Positions 19,575-29,967 of a DNA stretch of 52,567 bases are shown piece after piece. The translations under genes were made by a program, and so were the position numbers. The stretch spans positions 1 through 52,567 of the forward strand of contig JAXMKY010000080.1 in NCBI GenBank assembly GCA_034370405.1. The letters run 5' to 3'. Within the stretch, counting starts at the first letter, position 1. Each line of letters starts with the position of its first letter. Source of the DNA: Bacteroidales bacterium. Its GTDB lineage: Bacteria > Bacteroidota > Bacteroidia > Bacteroidales > JAAYJT01. The notes beneath the pieces were generated by a model. The model made no database searches. It had not been told where the DNA came from and saw nothing but the letters and a program-made list of their open reading frames with translations.

Positions 19575-21071
19575 ATGAGGCTGTACTTTGCTTTAATATT
19601 TCTATTGATAGTTTCAGACGTTCGCACGTCGGCATTTCTCGAAAAAACGCTTTTGAAGGATGTTACAAACGAGCAATTGCACAATCATCAGCAGGCAGCA
19701 GCTTTCCTTTGGGAAACAATCCTCCGGATCAATCAATATTTCAGCGAGATTCAAAAAAACGGGCTACACGAGATTCAAATCCATGATGCAGATGCCGATA
19801 AAAAATCTCAACTAAAAACATACTTAATCAAATTGCATCAACAGCACGAAATACTGAAGATTTATATCGGGGAATATGGTTTCAGCGAAAGCCTTTTCCC
19901 GGGCGAAGAACGGACGAATAATCCTGAAACATTTATATTAGGATATGCAGCCGATATGGCACAATACGATCTCCTGCTCAGAATGGCCCGATTGAGCAGC
20001 AACAATGAGTATTTTAAAAGCATATTCCGTGAAGTAACCCAACAAGTTGCACCTGAAGAAAATTATGGTTTACTCATGGCTGAAGCTGCTTTGCCGGCAA
20101 AATACTTTCGGCTCTATTCCGGAAACATTGATCTTGAAGAACTCCTGCAAAGCACAGTACTTAGCGAACCGATGCAGAAGCTGGCCGAATATTCTTTATC
20201 CACCCACGGGATGACAGGCGCCAGTACAGTTGTGCCCTTTGCAATGGCTGCTACCGGGTTGCAAGATTATGTCAGTAGTTCAACAAGCGAGGCCTTTTAT
20301 TCTTTCCAGGTTAAGGTTTCGGATTTTGCCAGCAATCTTAGATTTTCGCTGCGCAAAGGCTATTATATAACCACCGACCAACTATCCACCCTTTATTCAT
20401 TGCTCGAACCGGGCGATATCCTCCTACAACGCAGAGAAGGCTACCTGAGCAATATTGGCATACCAGGGTTTTACACACATTCGGCTATATATACAGGAGA
20501 CTTTGAGCTCCTTGATCGGTATTTTTCTGAAGAATCGCAACAACGATGGAGATATACATTCAGTGAGTTTGTCGAAAAGCAATACCCTGAAATATTTACT
20601 GATATGATGATAAAAAACCCGCAAGGATTTTTTCCAACTACCATCGAAGCCAAAGGGGTGGGCATCATTGTGCTGCCTCTCGAAGTTTCGGGCAATGCCG
20701 ACCACTTGGCCGCACTACGTCCGAGACTGACAAAGGATGAGAAGCTGCAAGCCATCCTTTTTGCATTTGACAATTACGGAAAGCCTTATGATTATGATTT
20801 TGATTTAAAAACCGACTTACGTTTGGGATGTTCTGAACTGATCTACAAAGCTTATTTGCCTACCAAAGGCAAGAACGGGCTGACCTATACATTGCAGGAG
20901 GTTGCCGGACGCTGGATGCTGACACCCAACGATATTGCCCGGGATTTTGCCACAAACCATCGGTCGAAACAACAGCAGTTTGATTTTATTTTTTTCTTGT
21001 CCGGGGATGAAGAAAAAGGGATTGCTGAATTTAAGTCGGAGGAGGAATTTCTGGGAAGCTGGGAGAGGTAG
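19575..21071 (+). CDS. Permuted papain-like amidase (YiiX/YebB-like NlpC/P60) with a large N-terminal domain
   Basis: 'LEPGDILL...THSAIY...GKPYDYDFD...GCSELIYKAY' shows His before Cys. There is an N-terminal hydrophobic signal. Confidence 0.8.
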   Translation: MRLYFALIFLLIVSDVRTSAFLEKTLLKDVTNEQLHNHQQAAAFLWETILRINQYFSEIQKNGLHEIQIHDADADKKSQLKTYLIKLHQQHEILKIYIGEYGFSESLFPGEERTNNPETFILGYAADMAQYDLLLRMARLSSNNEYFKSIFREVTQQVAPEENYGLLMAEAALPAKYFRLYSGNIDLEELLQSTVLSEPMQKLAEYSLSTHGMTGASTVVPFAMAATGLQDYVSSSTSEAFYSFQVKVSDFASNLRFSLRKGYYITTDQLSTLYSLLEPGDILLQRREGYLSNIGIPGFYTHSAIYTGDFELLDRYFSEESQQRWRYTFSEFVEKQYPEIFTDMMIKNPQGFFPTTIEAKGVGIIVLPLEVSGNADHLAALRPRLTKDEKLQAILFAFDNYGKPYDYDFDLKTDLRLGCSELIYKAYLPTKGKNGLTYTLQEVAGRWMLTPNDIARDFATNHRSKQQQFDFIFFLSGDEEKGIAEFKSEEEFLGSWER

Positions 21072-21194
21072 TAATAAGATGATTATTAGGTAATTCAATC
21101 TATATAATAGAGTTCATTGTAAAGTAAACAGACACATCAGATTGAAGGTTGATAACTTCACAAAAACTATAGTTGGAAACCGGTGGATAATGAT

Positions 21195-21202
21195 TAAATT
21201 TG
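21195..21202 (+). promoter_or_regulatory. -7 element (TAAATTTG) for the R-M operon
   Basis: TAnnTTTG about 21 nt upstream of ATG 21224. Confidence 0.5.
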
Positions 21203-21223
21203 CTTGTATAATACGAGTTGAAA

Positions 21224-22204
21224 ATGAAAGTTAGTGAACCCCTATTTGAATTTATTAGCCCTGACATAGACTATCAAATTGTGAATGGAGATAGCCTGAA
21301 AGTTCTTATTGGCATTGAAGATGGTAGATTTGATCTGATTATTACTTCACCACCTTACAATGTTGGAAAATCATATGAAACAAAGACAAGTATTGAGAAA
21401 TATCTTGAAACACAAGAAGAAATCATCAATCAACTTGTAAGGGCCCTCTCTGACAAAGGAAATTTGTGTTGGCAGGTTGGCAACTATGTTGACAAGGGTG
21501 AAGTCTTTCCATTAGACATTTATTATTATCAGATTTTTAAGAGATGCGGGCTTAAGCTGCGTAATAGAATTATTTGGTATTTTGGACATGGGCTTCACGC
21601 ATCAAATAGATTTAGTGGAAGATATGAAACGATTCTTTGGTTTAGTAAAACCAATGATTATATTTTCAATCTTGACCCTGTCAGAGTTCCTGCAAAATAT
21701 CCAGGCAAATTACATTTTAAAGGTGAGAAAAAAGGATTACCATCTGGGAACCCACTTGGAAAAAATCCGAGTGATATTTGGAACATCATTGCAAATGACT
21801 GGGAAACTGCAATGTGGAATATTCCAAATGTAAAGTCAAACCATCCTGAAAAAACCGAGCATCCATGTCAATTTCCAATAGAGCTAGTTGAACGCTGTGT
21901 TCTTGCTTTGACGAATGAAGACAGTTGGGTACTTGACCCATTTGCCGGAGTAGGTTCGACTATTATAGCGGCAATTAAGAACAAGCGGAATGCCATTGGC
22001 ATTGAAAAGGATGCAGAATATTGCAAAATTGCCAAACAGAGAATTAACGATCTCAAAGAAGGTAAATTAAGAGTTAGGCCCATAAACAAACAAATTCATA
22101 AACCTTCAGGGAAAGACAAAGTATCTCAAGTTCCAAAAGAATGGTTACAACTTGAATTGGAAAAGGTAAACGGGAAATATAATGAAAAAAGTGATCAAAA
22201 ATGA
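21224..22204 (+). CDS. Beta-class amino (N4C/N6A) DNA methyltransferase
   Basis: Motif IV 'ITSPPYN' precedes 'HPCQFP' and motif I 'VLDPFAGVGST'; the sequence is AT-rich. Confidence 0.92.
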   Translation: MKVSEPLFEFISPDIDYQIVNGDSLKVLIGIEDGRFDLIITSPPYNVGKSYETKTSIEKYLETQEEIINQLVRALSDKGNLCWQVGNYVDKGEVFPLDIYYYQIFKRCGLKLRNRIIWYFGHGLHASNRFSGRYETILWFSKTNDYIFNLDPVRVPAKYPGKLHFKGEKKGLPSGNPLGKNPSDIWNIIANDWETAMWNIPNVKSNHPEKTEHPCQFPIELVERCVLALTNEDSWVLDPFAGVGSTIIAAIKNKRNAIGIEKDAEYCKIAKQRINDLKEGKLRVRPINKQIHKPSGKDKVSQVPKEWLQLELEKVNGKYNEKSDQK

Positions 22205-22821
22205 AAGTAGCACAGAAATACTCGCACTTGAACGGAGAAGAATATCTCATTGTTCATCATAATGATCTCTACAAAGAAATCCTTGATATTATTCAAAGCA
22301 TTGATGCGTCAATGTTTATGACCAAAGAAAGTAAAGAAAAAACTATGAGAGGGAAAATGCTTTATAGCCCAATTGAATTGAATAAAGCGTTTAATGAGAA
22401 GTTTAATAAAATTGGTTGGCACGAAACCAGATACCAGTATTACATTACAACAGAACCAAAGCTTCTACCTGGGCTTATTACACTTCCAATCGAGGAGCAG
22501 AAACAGTACCTTATTTCAAAAGGTATTAAAGAACCTATTTCGTCATACAAGCAAACAGATTTCGTGAAAGACCAGATAGCAGTGGAAGTTCAATTTGGAA
22601 AATATGCTTTTGTGGCATTTGATCTCTTTGTTAAACACCTACTTTTCTACTCTGGTGGAGTGATTAACCTTGGAGTTGAAATGTTACCAACAAAAAAAAT
22701 GCAGTCACAAATGAGCAGCGGAGTTGCATATTATGAAGGAGAAGTTTATAATGTTTTAAGACACGGAAGAAATAATCCACCCGTTCCTTTGTTAATTTTG
22801 GGAATTGAACCAGAATATTAA
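22201..22821 (+). CDS. Type II restriction endonuclease, BglII/BstYI family
   Basis: 'QTDFVKDQIAVEVQFGKY' (D...ExQ active site), and an ATGA overlap with the methyltransferase. Confidence 0.85.
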   Translation: MKVAQKYSHLNGEEYLIVHHNDLYKEILDIIQSIDASMFMTKESKEKTMRGKMLYSPIELNKAFNEKFNKIGWHETRYQYYITTEPKLLPGLITLPIEEQKQYLISKGIKEPISSYKQTDFVKDQIAVEVQFGKYAFVAFDLFVKHLLFYSGGVINLGVEMLPTKKMQSQMSSGVAYYEGEVYNVLRHGRNNPPVPLLILGIEPEY

Positions 22822-22859
22822 ATATCGCAACACCACCCTCAGCTCTTCACAGCTAAATC

Positions 22860-25361
22860 ATGACCTCATATACAAACCCCCGACTAAAACTGGCTGCTGA
22901 TTTTGTTCAGTACACCAATAAGCACCTTTTCCTCACCGGCAAGGCTGGAACGGGCAAGACCACATTTTTGCGAAACCTGAAAAGCATCACACACAAACGT
23001 ATGGTAGTGGTTGCGCCAACGGGTGTGGCTGCCATCAACGCCGGAGGAGTGACCATTCACTCTTTTTTTCAATTGCCATTTGGCCCCCAGATTCCCGAAG
23101 AGCTGGCCTCCAGGTTGCCCGCCACAGGTGGCGAAGCCAAACATGCTGCTTCGCGCTACCAACGTTTTCAGCGCGAAAAGATCAACATCATCAAAAGCCT
23201 CGATTTGCTCGTGATTGACGAAATCAGTATGGTGCGTGCCGACTTGCTCGATGCTATTGACATGGTGCTCCGGCGATACCGCAACAGGGAGAAACCCTTT
23301 GGCGGAGTGCAGTTGCTAATGATTGGCGACCTGCAGCAATTGGCTCCCATCGCCAAAGAAGCAGAATGGAGTCTGCTTAAAGATTACTACGATACTGTGT
23401 ATTTCTTCAGCAGTAAGGCTTTGCAGCAAACAGATTATGTAAGTATTGAACTTACAAACGTCTATCGGCAGCAAGAGGAAACTTTCATAAATCTACTTGG
23501 CAAAATACGCAACAATAACCTGGACGCAGACGCCATTAAAGAACTGAATAACAGATACATACCAGATTTTACATTCAAGCCACATGAGGGATATATCACC
23601 CTTACAACCCACAACCACCAAGCACAACAAATCAACCAGGCCAGGCTGGAAGCGCTGAAGGGGAAAATCTATCCATTCAAGGCCGTGATCAAGGATGATT
23701 TTCCTGAGCTTTCCTTCCCCACCGATGAAGAGTTGAAACTAAAAATAGAAGCGCAGGTGATGTTCATCAAGAACGACCCTTCGCCAAGTAAGGAGTTCTA
23801 TAACGGGAAAATAGGTAAAATCGTTGATATTAAGAACGATAAGATATTTGTGTTATGTCCCGGTGGAGATGACCCTATAGCTGTTTCTCCCCTTGCGTGG
23901 CACAACTGCCGCTACACGCTCGACGATAATACGAAAGAGATTACAGAAACCATTATTGGTACTTTTGTTCAGTACCCGCTTAAACTGGCCTGGGCTGTTA
24001 CCATCCATAAAAGCCAGGGGCTCACATTTGGCAAAGCCATCATTGATGCAAACCAAGCCTTTGCCTACGGGCAGGTGTATGTAGCCCTGAGCCGCTGCCG
24101 CACACTCGAAGGCATGGTGTTGAGCAGCGCCATCAAGCCATCGGCAATCAAAAGCGACTATGCGGTAAGCCGTTATGTTCAACGCATCGAACAGAATACA
24201 CCTGATGAAAAACAGTTAGTAGAAGCTCGCCATGCCTATCAAAAATCGCTCGTTGAAGAGTTATTCAACTTTTCGCTATTCCACAAAAGGTTGGGATACC
24301 TACTGAAGCTGCTCCGTGATAACCTTACGGCTTTTAGCCACAACGCCCTAGCGACATTCACCACAATGGACCACAAGCTCAAGACCGAAGTGAGTGTGAT
24401 TGTGGAAAAGTTTATGCCCGAGGTACAACATCTGATTTCTGAAGAACCGGACCTCGAGATGAATGAAGCATTGCAGATACGCATCCGTAAGGCGTGTAAT
24501 TATTTCGCGCAAAAATTTGATGAGATTGTGTTGTCGGTTGATCGCGAGGTGGAAAGCGACAACAAAGCTGCAAAAAGGCCGGTGGATGATTTGCTCGAAC
24601 GCTTTAATAATGAAGCCCTTGTTAAACAGTCTTGCTTGCGTCGCTGCCAACAGGGATTTGTTGTGTCCGCCTATCTTGAAACCCGCGCCAAGGCCTCGAT
24701 AGAAACACCAAAACAGAAAAAGAAAGCCACCATCACGAAGGCAGGTGGAACACCTTCAAGCTACCCGGAATTACGCAAAAGGCTTAAAAGTTGGAGAGAT
24801 CTACTTGCCGAAGAGCTCGATTTGCCGGTATACATGATTATTCCAAAGAAGGCATTGACTGAAATTGCCGAAAGTCTTCCTGCGAGTCGCACTGAGCTGC
24901 TGGGTATCACAGGCATGGGGAAGATAAAAGTGGAAAAATTCGGCAGTGAAATCCTCGGGATGATTACAGAATACCTTGCCGAAAAAAACATCAATCGTAC
25001 GGTTGACGACTCTCCCCTGCCTATTTTAGGCAAGGAGAAAAAGCCCGAAAGCAAGCAAGTGAGCTTCGAGATGTTCGAGGTAGGAAAAACCATCGAAGAA
25101 GTTGCCCATGAACGCGGATTGGCTCCTTCAACCATCGAAGGCCACCTTTCGTATTATGTGGGAACCGGTGAACTAGAACTCGAAAAACTGATGCCTCCCG
25201 AAAAAATTGCATGGCTTATGGGGTATTTCGCCGAAGCTGACGACCTGTCGCTTGGTATTGCCAAAGAAGTGCTGGGTAACGATGTATCGTGGAGCGAATT
25301 GCGCTATGCTGCCAAACGCATTGATTTTGAGCGATCCAGCAGGGTGATTGGAGAGCTGTAA
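22860..25361 (+). CDS. Pif1/RecD-like SF1B helicase with HRDC and C-terminal HTH domains
   Basis: 'LTGKAGTGKTT', 'IDEISM', 'GDLQQL', 'AVTIHKSQG', 'YVALSR'; HRDC 'LKSWR...PVYMI'; HTH 'ERGLAPSTIEGHL'. Confidence 0.9.
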   Translation: MTSYTNPRLKLAADFVQYTNKHLFLTGKAGTGKTTFLRNLKSITHKRMVVVAPTGVAAINAGGVTIHSFFQLPFGPQIPEELASRLPATGGEAKHAASRYQRFQREKINIIKSLDLLVIDEISMVRADLLDAIDMVLRRYRNREKPFGGVQLLMIGDLQQLAPIAKEAEWSLLKDYYDTVYFFSSKALQQTDYVSIELTNVYRQQEETFINLLGKIRNNNLDADAIKELNNRYIPDFTFKPHEGYITLTTHNHQAQQINQARLEALKGKIYPFKAVIKDDFPELSFPTDEELKLKIEAQVMFIKNDPSPSKEFYNGKIGKIVDIKNDKIFVLCPGGDDPIAVSPLAWHNCRYTLDDNTKEITETIIGTFVQYPLKLAWAVTIHKSQGLTFGKAIIDANQAFAYGQVYVALSRCRTLEGMVLSSAIKPSAIKSDYAVSRYVQRIEQNTPDEKQLVEARHAYQKSLVEELFNFSLFHKRLGYLLKLLRDNLTAFSHNALATFTTMDHKLKTEVSVIVEKFMPEVQHLISEEPDLEMNEALQIRIRKACNYFAQKFDEIVLSVDREVESDNKAAKRPVDDLLERFNNEALVKQSCLRRCQQGFVVSAYLETRAKASIETPKQKKKATITKAGGTPSSYPELRKRLKSWRDLLAEELDLPVYMIIPKKALTEIAESLPASRTELLGITGMGKIKVEKFGSEILGMITEYLAEKNINRTVDDSPLPILGKEKKPESKQVSFEMFEVGKTIEEVAHERGLAPSTIEGHLSYYVGTGELELEKLMPPEKIAWLMGYFAEADDLSLGIAKEVLGNDVSWSELRYAAKRIDFERSSRVIGEL

Positions 25362-25404
25362 GGCACTTAAACCAGGATGATTCCAATAAGTCATTCTATT
25401 ATGG

Positions 25405-25436
25405 TTTGCTTTACATCTAAGAAAATCTTATTTTTG
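25405..25436 (+). promoter_or_regulatory. Bacteroidota housekeeping promoter (-33 TTTG / -7 TATTTTTG)
   Basis: TTTG at 25405-25408, a 20-bp spacer, and TATTTTTG at 25429-25436. This implies the symporter starts downstream of 25436. Confidence 0.65.
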
Positions 25437-25475
25437 AACCCCAAAGTTCAGGATATTACAAACCACATACAGGGT

Positions 25476-26924
25476 ATGCAGTCATCATTAACGGCCTCCT
25501 CCATGATCTTGAAAATCATTGTAGTAGCCCTATATGCGCTGATGATCATCGTAATCGGCCTGATGGGTTTGCGAAAGACCAGATCATTTAACGATTTTTT
25601 CCTGGGAGGCGGCAATGTAGGTGCATTGATGAGTGCATTCTCCTATGGAACCGCTTACTTCTCGGCAGTGCTTTTTATTGGTTTTGCCGGGAAAATCGGT
25701 TGGGACTTTGGCCTTTCAGGCCTCTGGGTAGCCTTTTTCAATGCCTTCGTGGGTGTATTGGGCGTGTGGGCCTTGCTCGGCTGGCGCATAAAAAAGATGT
25801 CGTCCGAATATGGGGTTGCCACCATGAGCGAATTTCTGGAAAAACGCTACAACAGCCGCCTTTTCAAACTCCTGTCGGCCATGGTTATCTTTATCTTCAT
25901 GGTGCCTTATTCGGCAGCAGTATTTATGGGTTTGTCGTATCTTTTCACCTCCAATTTTGGTGTTGGATATCATTATGCATTGCTTTTCATGGGTATAATC
26001 ACCGCCCTCTACCTGTCACTCGGAGGCTACAAATCAATGACGATGATTGATATGATCTTCGGGATGATTATGGTGGCAGGAGTTATTGTTTTGTTTACCA
26101 GCACTGTGAAAGTTGGTGGAGGGCTATCCAATATAACTGAGTCATTATCGGCAATTACACCCGGGCTCACCAAAGCCATCGGCCCACCAGGGTGGTGGCC
26201 GTTGTTTTCGATGGTCTTCCTTACCAGTGTAGCACCTTTTGCTATGCCACAGTTGGTGCAGAAGTTTTATGCCATCCGCGGCCGCAACGCTATCAGAACG
26301 GGTATGATTGCTTCAACACTATTTGCGGTATTGATAGGAGGTGTTGCCTATTTTGTAGGTGCCACCACCCGGGTTTTTATGAACCCGGAAGTTACGCCCG
26401 CTGCTTTTCATCAGGGTCGGCCCATCTTCGACCGTTTGATGCCCGAACTGCTCACCAATGTGATTCCAGGAACACTATCAGTGCTTATCCTGCTGCTTAT
26501 CCTTTCGGCTTCAATGTCAACACTGGCAGCCCTGGTGCTCATAGCCAGCTCCGCGTTCTCAAAAGATTTCTACATGGGATTTATCAGCAAAACCATTTCA
26601 GACAAAGGGCTCACGATGATGATGCGTTTGATGAGTACAGTATTTGTTTTCGTCTCGGTGCTGCTTGCCTTTTTGAACCTCGACTCCATTGTCGCCATCC
26701 TGGGGATCTCGTGGGGCGCCATCGGGTCGTTCTTCCTTGGGCCTTTTGTATGGGGCTTATTTTCAACAAAGGTAAACCGATTCGGGGCTTTATCGTCGGG
26801 CATTGGCGGACTTGCCATCTGCCTCATCCTCTATTTCATCGGAATGCCATCACCTCAAGCCGGAACCATTGGTATGCTGGCATCGCTGGCAATAAATCCT
26901 GTGTTCAGCCTCTTAAAAAATTAG
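25476..26924 (+). CDS. Sodium:solute symporter (SSS; PutP/PanF-like)
   Basis: About 13 TM; 'DFFLGG', 'TMSEFLEKRY', 'LSASMST'. Start is 25476 or 25503. Confidence 0.9.
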   Translation: MQSSLTASSMILKIIVVALYALMIIVIGLMGLRKTRSFNDFFLGGGNVGALMSAFSYGTAYFSAVLFIGFAGKIGWDFGLSGLWVAFFNAFVGVLGVWALLGWRIKKMSSEYGVATMSEFLEKRYNSRLFKLLSAMVIFIFMVPYSAAVFMGLSYLFTSNFGVGYHYALLFMGIITALYLSLGGYKSMTMIDMIFGMIMVAGVIVLFTSTVKVGGGLSNITESLSAITPGLTKAIGPPGWWPLFSMVFLTSVAPFAMPQLVQKFYAIRGRNAIRTGMIASTLFAVLIGGVAYFVGATTRVFMNPEVTPAAFHQGRPIFDRLMPELLTNVIPGTLSVLILLLILSASMSTLAALVLIASSAFSKDFYMGFISKTISDKGLTMMMRLMSTVFVFVSVLLAFLNLDSIVAILGISWGAIGSFFLGPFVWGLFSTKVNRFGALSSGIGGLAICLILYFIGMPSPQAGTIGMLASLAINPVFSLLKN

Positions 26925-26967
26925 AAATATGATATCAAAACGAAACATTCATTCAATCAAAACTAAC

Positions 26968-28194
26968 ATGAGAACCCTATTTTTTCTTCAACTCCTACTA
27001 TTGTCAAGCTTAGCCATAGCTCAAGGTTCTGACCAAGGTGAACCCAGGAAATTCGGCATCCAGTTCAAAGGTTTCGTAAAAAGTGATTACTGGTACGACA
27101 GCCGTCAGGTGGTTGGTGCCCGCGAAGATATTATCCTTCTTCTGCCAACTAACCGGTTGCAGGATGCCAACGGAAAAGACATCAATGCTCATCCTACCTT
27201 TAACTACAGCCCTGTCAGCTCCCGGATCACGGGAGTAATCACAGGGCCGGATGCCTTTGGTGCCAAAACTTCTGGTATGATCGAGGCTGATTTTTCGGGT
27301 GTTACGAATGCCGATATCAATGGGTTTCGTTTAAGACATGCCATCGGAAAACTCCGTTGGACGAATTCTGAGCTAATGTTTGGCCAGTATTGGCACCCGA
27401 TGTTTGTGCCCGAAGTTTTCCCGGCTGTTATTTCCCTCAACACCGGTGCACCTTTCCAGCCGTTTATCCGTAACCCACTCATTAGTTATACCCAGTTCTT
27501 CAATCGCTTCAACCTGAATTTCACCTTGCTGTCGCAACGCGATAATGCCAACGACGGGCCACTGGGAGCAAGCTCTATTTACATTCGCAACACCTTGATT
27601 CCTAATGCCCATCTGCAACTTCAGTACAAGCATGACAAATACATTTGGGGGATAGCCGCAGACTACAAGGTGTTGAAACCCAGACTTGCAACTGCTAACA
27701 ATTATAAAACCAATGAAACCATAAGCACCTATGCATTTATGGGTTACTTTAAATATACAAACCGCGACTTTTTATGGAGTTGCAAAACAATCTATGGACA
27801 AAATCTTACTGAGCATCTGTTGTTGGGTGGTTATGCAGTTCGAAGTGTTGATCTACTGACCAAATATGAGACCTATACCCCTACTAACCACCTGTTTTTC
27901 TGGAACTTTATCGGATATGGCAAAACACTGAAGGTGTGCCTTTATACAGGCTTTGCAAAAAACCTTGGAACCACACATAACAATACAGGTACATATTATT
28001 CGCGGGGCAAGGATATTGACTATGCGTACCGAATCGCACCTTCTTTGTCATGGGTTTCGGGCAAAGTGCAAGTATCCAGCGAGCTTGAATATACTGCCGC
28101 TGCCTATGGTACCCCCGACAACAAAGGAAATGTAAAAAATGCAGATGAGTTTGGAAACCTTCGGTTATTACTTACATTTTTTTATTTTTTTTAA
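26968..28194 (+). CDS. Outer-membrane beta-barrel/porin (DcaP-like)
   Basis: Signal peptide, 'GFVKSD', 'IEADF', 'RLRHA', 'GQYWHP', and an aromatic C-terminal 'FFYFF'. Confidence 0.7.
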   Translation: MRTLFFLQLLLLSSLAIAQGSDQGEPRKFGIQFKGFVKSDYWYDSRQVVGAREDIILLLPTNRLQDANGKDINAHPTFNYSPVSSRITGVITGPDAFGAKTSGMIEADFSGVTNADINGFRLRHAIGKLRWTNSELMFGQYWHPMFVPEVFPAVISLNTGAPFQPFIRNPLISYTQFFNRFNLNFTLLSQRDNANDGPLGASSIYIRNTLIPNAHLQLQYKHDKYIWGIAADYKVLKPRLATANNYKTNETISTYAFMGYFKYTNRDFLWSCKTIYGQNLTEHLLLGGYAVRSVDLLTKYETYTPTNHLFFWNFIGYGKTLKVCLYTGFAKNLGTTHNNTGTYYSRGKDIDYAYRIAPSLSWVSGKVQVSSELEYTAAAYGTPDNKGNVKNADEFGNLRLLLTFFYFF

Positions 28195-28275
28195 TCAATA
28201 CTTTTTCTTTATTTCGAATTACAAATTGTGCAATCGTGGCATACAACAAACTAACTATTTCAATATAAACGCATT

Positions 28276-29595
28276 ATGAAAGACACACCCATCAACTACG
28301 AGATTGTAAACCAGAAAATTAGGGAGATGAACCTGCCCAGTGTTGGCAAGGCTTCCATTCGTGAAATAAAACGCCTTGTTGATAATATCGAAACTGCAAC
28401 AGGCGAGTGTTTTGTTCGCATGGAGATGGGGGTTCCTGGCTTGCCTGCCGCGGCCGTGGGTGTGAAAGGTGAAATTGAAGCCCTTGAAAGAGGGGTGGCA
28501 TCCATTTACCCGGACATTGACGGGATACCGGAACTCAAACCCGAAATCAGTAGGTTTGTCAAAAATTTTCTTGATGTTGAGGTAGACCCAAGCAGTTGTA
28601 TCCCCACCGTTGGAAGTATGCAGGCCAGCTTTGCCAGCTTCCTCACACTGGCCCGTATGTACAGGGATCGCGACACTACCCTTTTCATTGACCCCGGTTT
28701 CCCCGTACACAAGCAGCAACACAAAGTGTTGGGGCAAAATTTTGAATCCTTTGATGTGTACGAATACAGGGGGGTAAAGCTTCGTGCTAAATTAGAATCA
28801 TATTTGAGTAAAGGCAGAATCCACTCCATTTTATACTCGAATCCTAATAATCCATCATGGATATGTTTCACTGACAAGGAATTGCAAATCATTGGCGAAT
28901 TGGCTACTAAATATAACGTAGTGATAATCGAGGACCTGGCATACATAGCCATGGATTTCCGCAAAGATTTTTCTCAGCCAGGCATTCCTCCATTCCAACC
29001 AACAGTAGCAAAATATACTGACAACTATGTTCTGTTGATTTCCAGCTCAAAAGCTTTTAGCTATGCCGGGCAGCGCATCGGCACGATGGTCATTTCAAAT
29101 AAATTGTTCAATACCAAAGCGCCCGATTTGCTCAGGTTCTTCAGCAGCGATGTGTTTGGCCATGCTATGATTTTCGGAACCGTGTATGCACTCAGTTCAG
29201 GGACCTCGCATTCGGCACAATATGCTTTGGCAGCCATGCTCAGGGCTGCCAATGATGGAACGTTTAACTTCGTTGAGGATGTAAGGGAGTATGGCAAAAA
29301 GGCCAAAATCATGAAGAAAATTTTTACTGATAATGGCTTTAAGATCGTCTATGATATGGATGAAGACACTCCCATTGCCGATGGATTTTATTTCACCATA
29401 TCCTATCCTGGTTTTACTGGTGAACAGTTGATCGAAGAGCTAATCTACTATGGAATCAGCGCCATTTCATTGGCCATCACTGGTAGCGAACGACTTGAGG
29501 GCCTCAGAGCTTGTGTTTCGTTGGTAAAACGCTCACAATTCCCCGACCTGGAATACCGCCTCAATAAGTTTTACGAGCATCATCCCATTGGCTAA
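28276..29595 (+). CDS. PLP-dependent aminotransferase, class I/II
   Basis: 'NPNNP', 'EDLAY', 'SSSKAFSYAGQRIG' (PLP lysine). Confidence 0.92.
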   Translation: MKDTPINYEIVNQKIREMNLPSVGKASIREIKRLVDNIETATGECFVRMEMGVPGLPAAAVGVKGEIEALERGVASIYPDIDGIPELKPEISRFVKNFLDVEVDPSSCIPTVGSMQASFASFLTLARMYRDRDTTLFIDPGFPVHKQQHKVLGQNFESFDVYEYRGVKLRAKLESYLSKGRIHSILYSNPNNPSWICFTDKELQIIGELATKYNVVIIEDLAYIAMDFRKDFSQPGIPPFQPTVAKYTDNYVLLISSSKAFSYAGQRIGTMVISNKLFNTKAPDLLRFFSSDVFGHAMIFGTVYALSSGTSHSAQYALAAMLRAANDGTFNFVEDVREYGKKAKIMKKIFTDNGFKIVYDMDEDTPIADGFYFTISYPGFTGEQLIEELIYYGISAISLAITGSERLEGLRACVSLVKRSQFPDLEYRLNKFYEHHPIG

Positions 29596-29800
29596 GAAAT
29601 GGCATAGGGTAGCGGCGAACATAAACCTTAGTTATTCCGCGCTTATCTGAGTACCTATTTATAAAAGCCTTTTTTTGTATCAATAAGTTTGTATAGGCAG
29701 GGGTTATTTTGTGCAAATAGTTGGTTTCCTTGAATATATCAGTATAGAAGGTGCTTTTGTCGTTGATTGCACAATGAATTTTTTATTTATCCTTGGCTCT

Positions 29801-29967
29801 ATGAAACAGAAAGAAATTGATAGCGAAAAATTAATCAAATATTGGACAGAAAGCTCGGATGATGATTTTGAGACAATGGTAGCCATGTATGAAACCAAAC
29901 GATAATGTGCTTCAGAATACACGGAAAAATGGATCAATGAACTAAAAACTCAACGCAAATGGATAAA
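29801..29967 (+). pseudogene. HEPN-domain gene remnant (internal deletion and stop)
   Basis: MKQKEIDSEKLIKYWTESSDDDFETMVAMYETKR* continues in frame as CASEYTEKWINELKTQRKWIK. These resemble the N- and C-terminal helices of small HEPN proteins, with the core missing. Confidence 0.6.

Noticed and set aside
21224-22821. Assigning AGATCT specificity to the R-M system from site avoidance
   Set aside because: AGATCT occurs in the window (e.g. 7037, 34495), and family membership alone does not fix specificity.
26192-26932. 246-aa alternative-frame ORF inside the symporter
   Set aside because: It is fully overlapped by a convincing SSS gene, and its Arg/His/Cys-rich composition is typical of off-frame translation.
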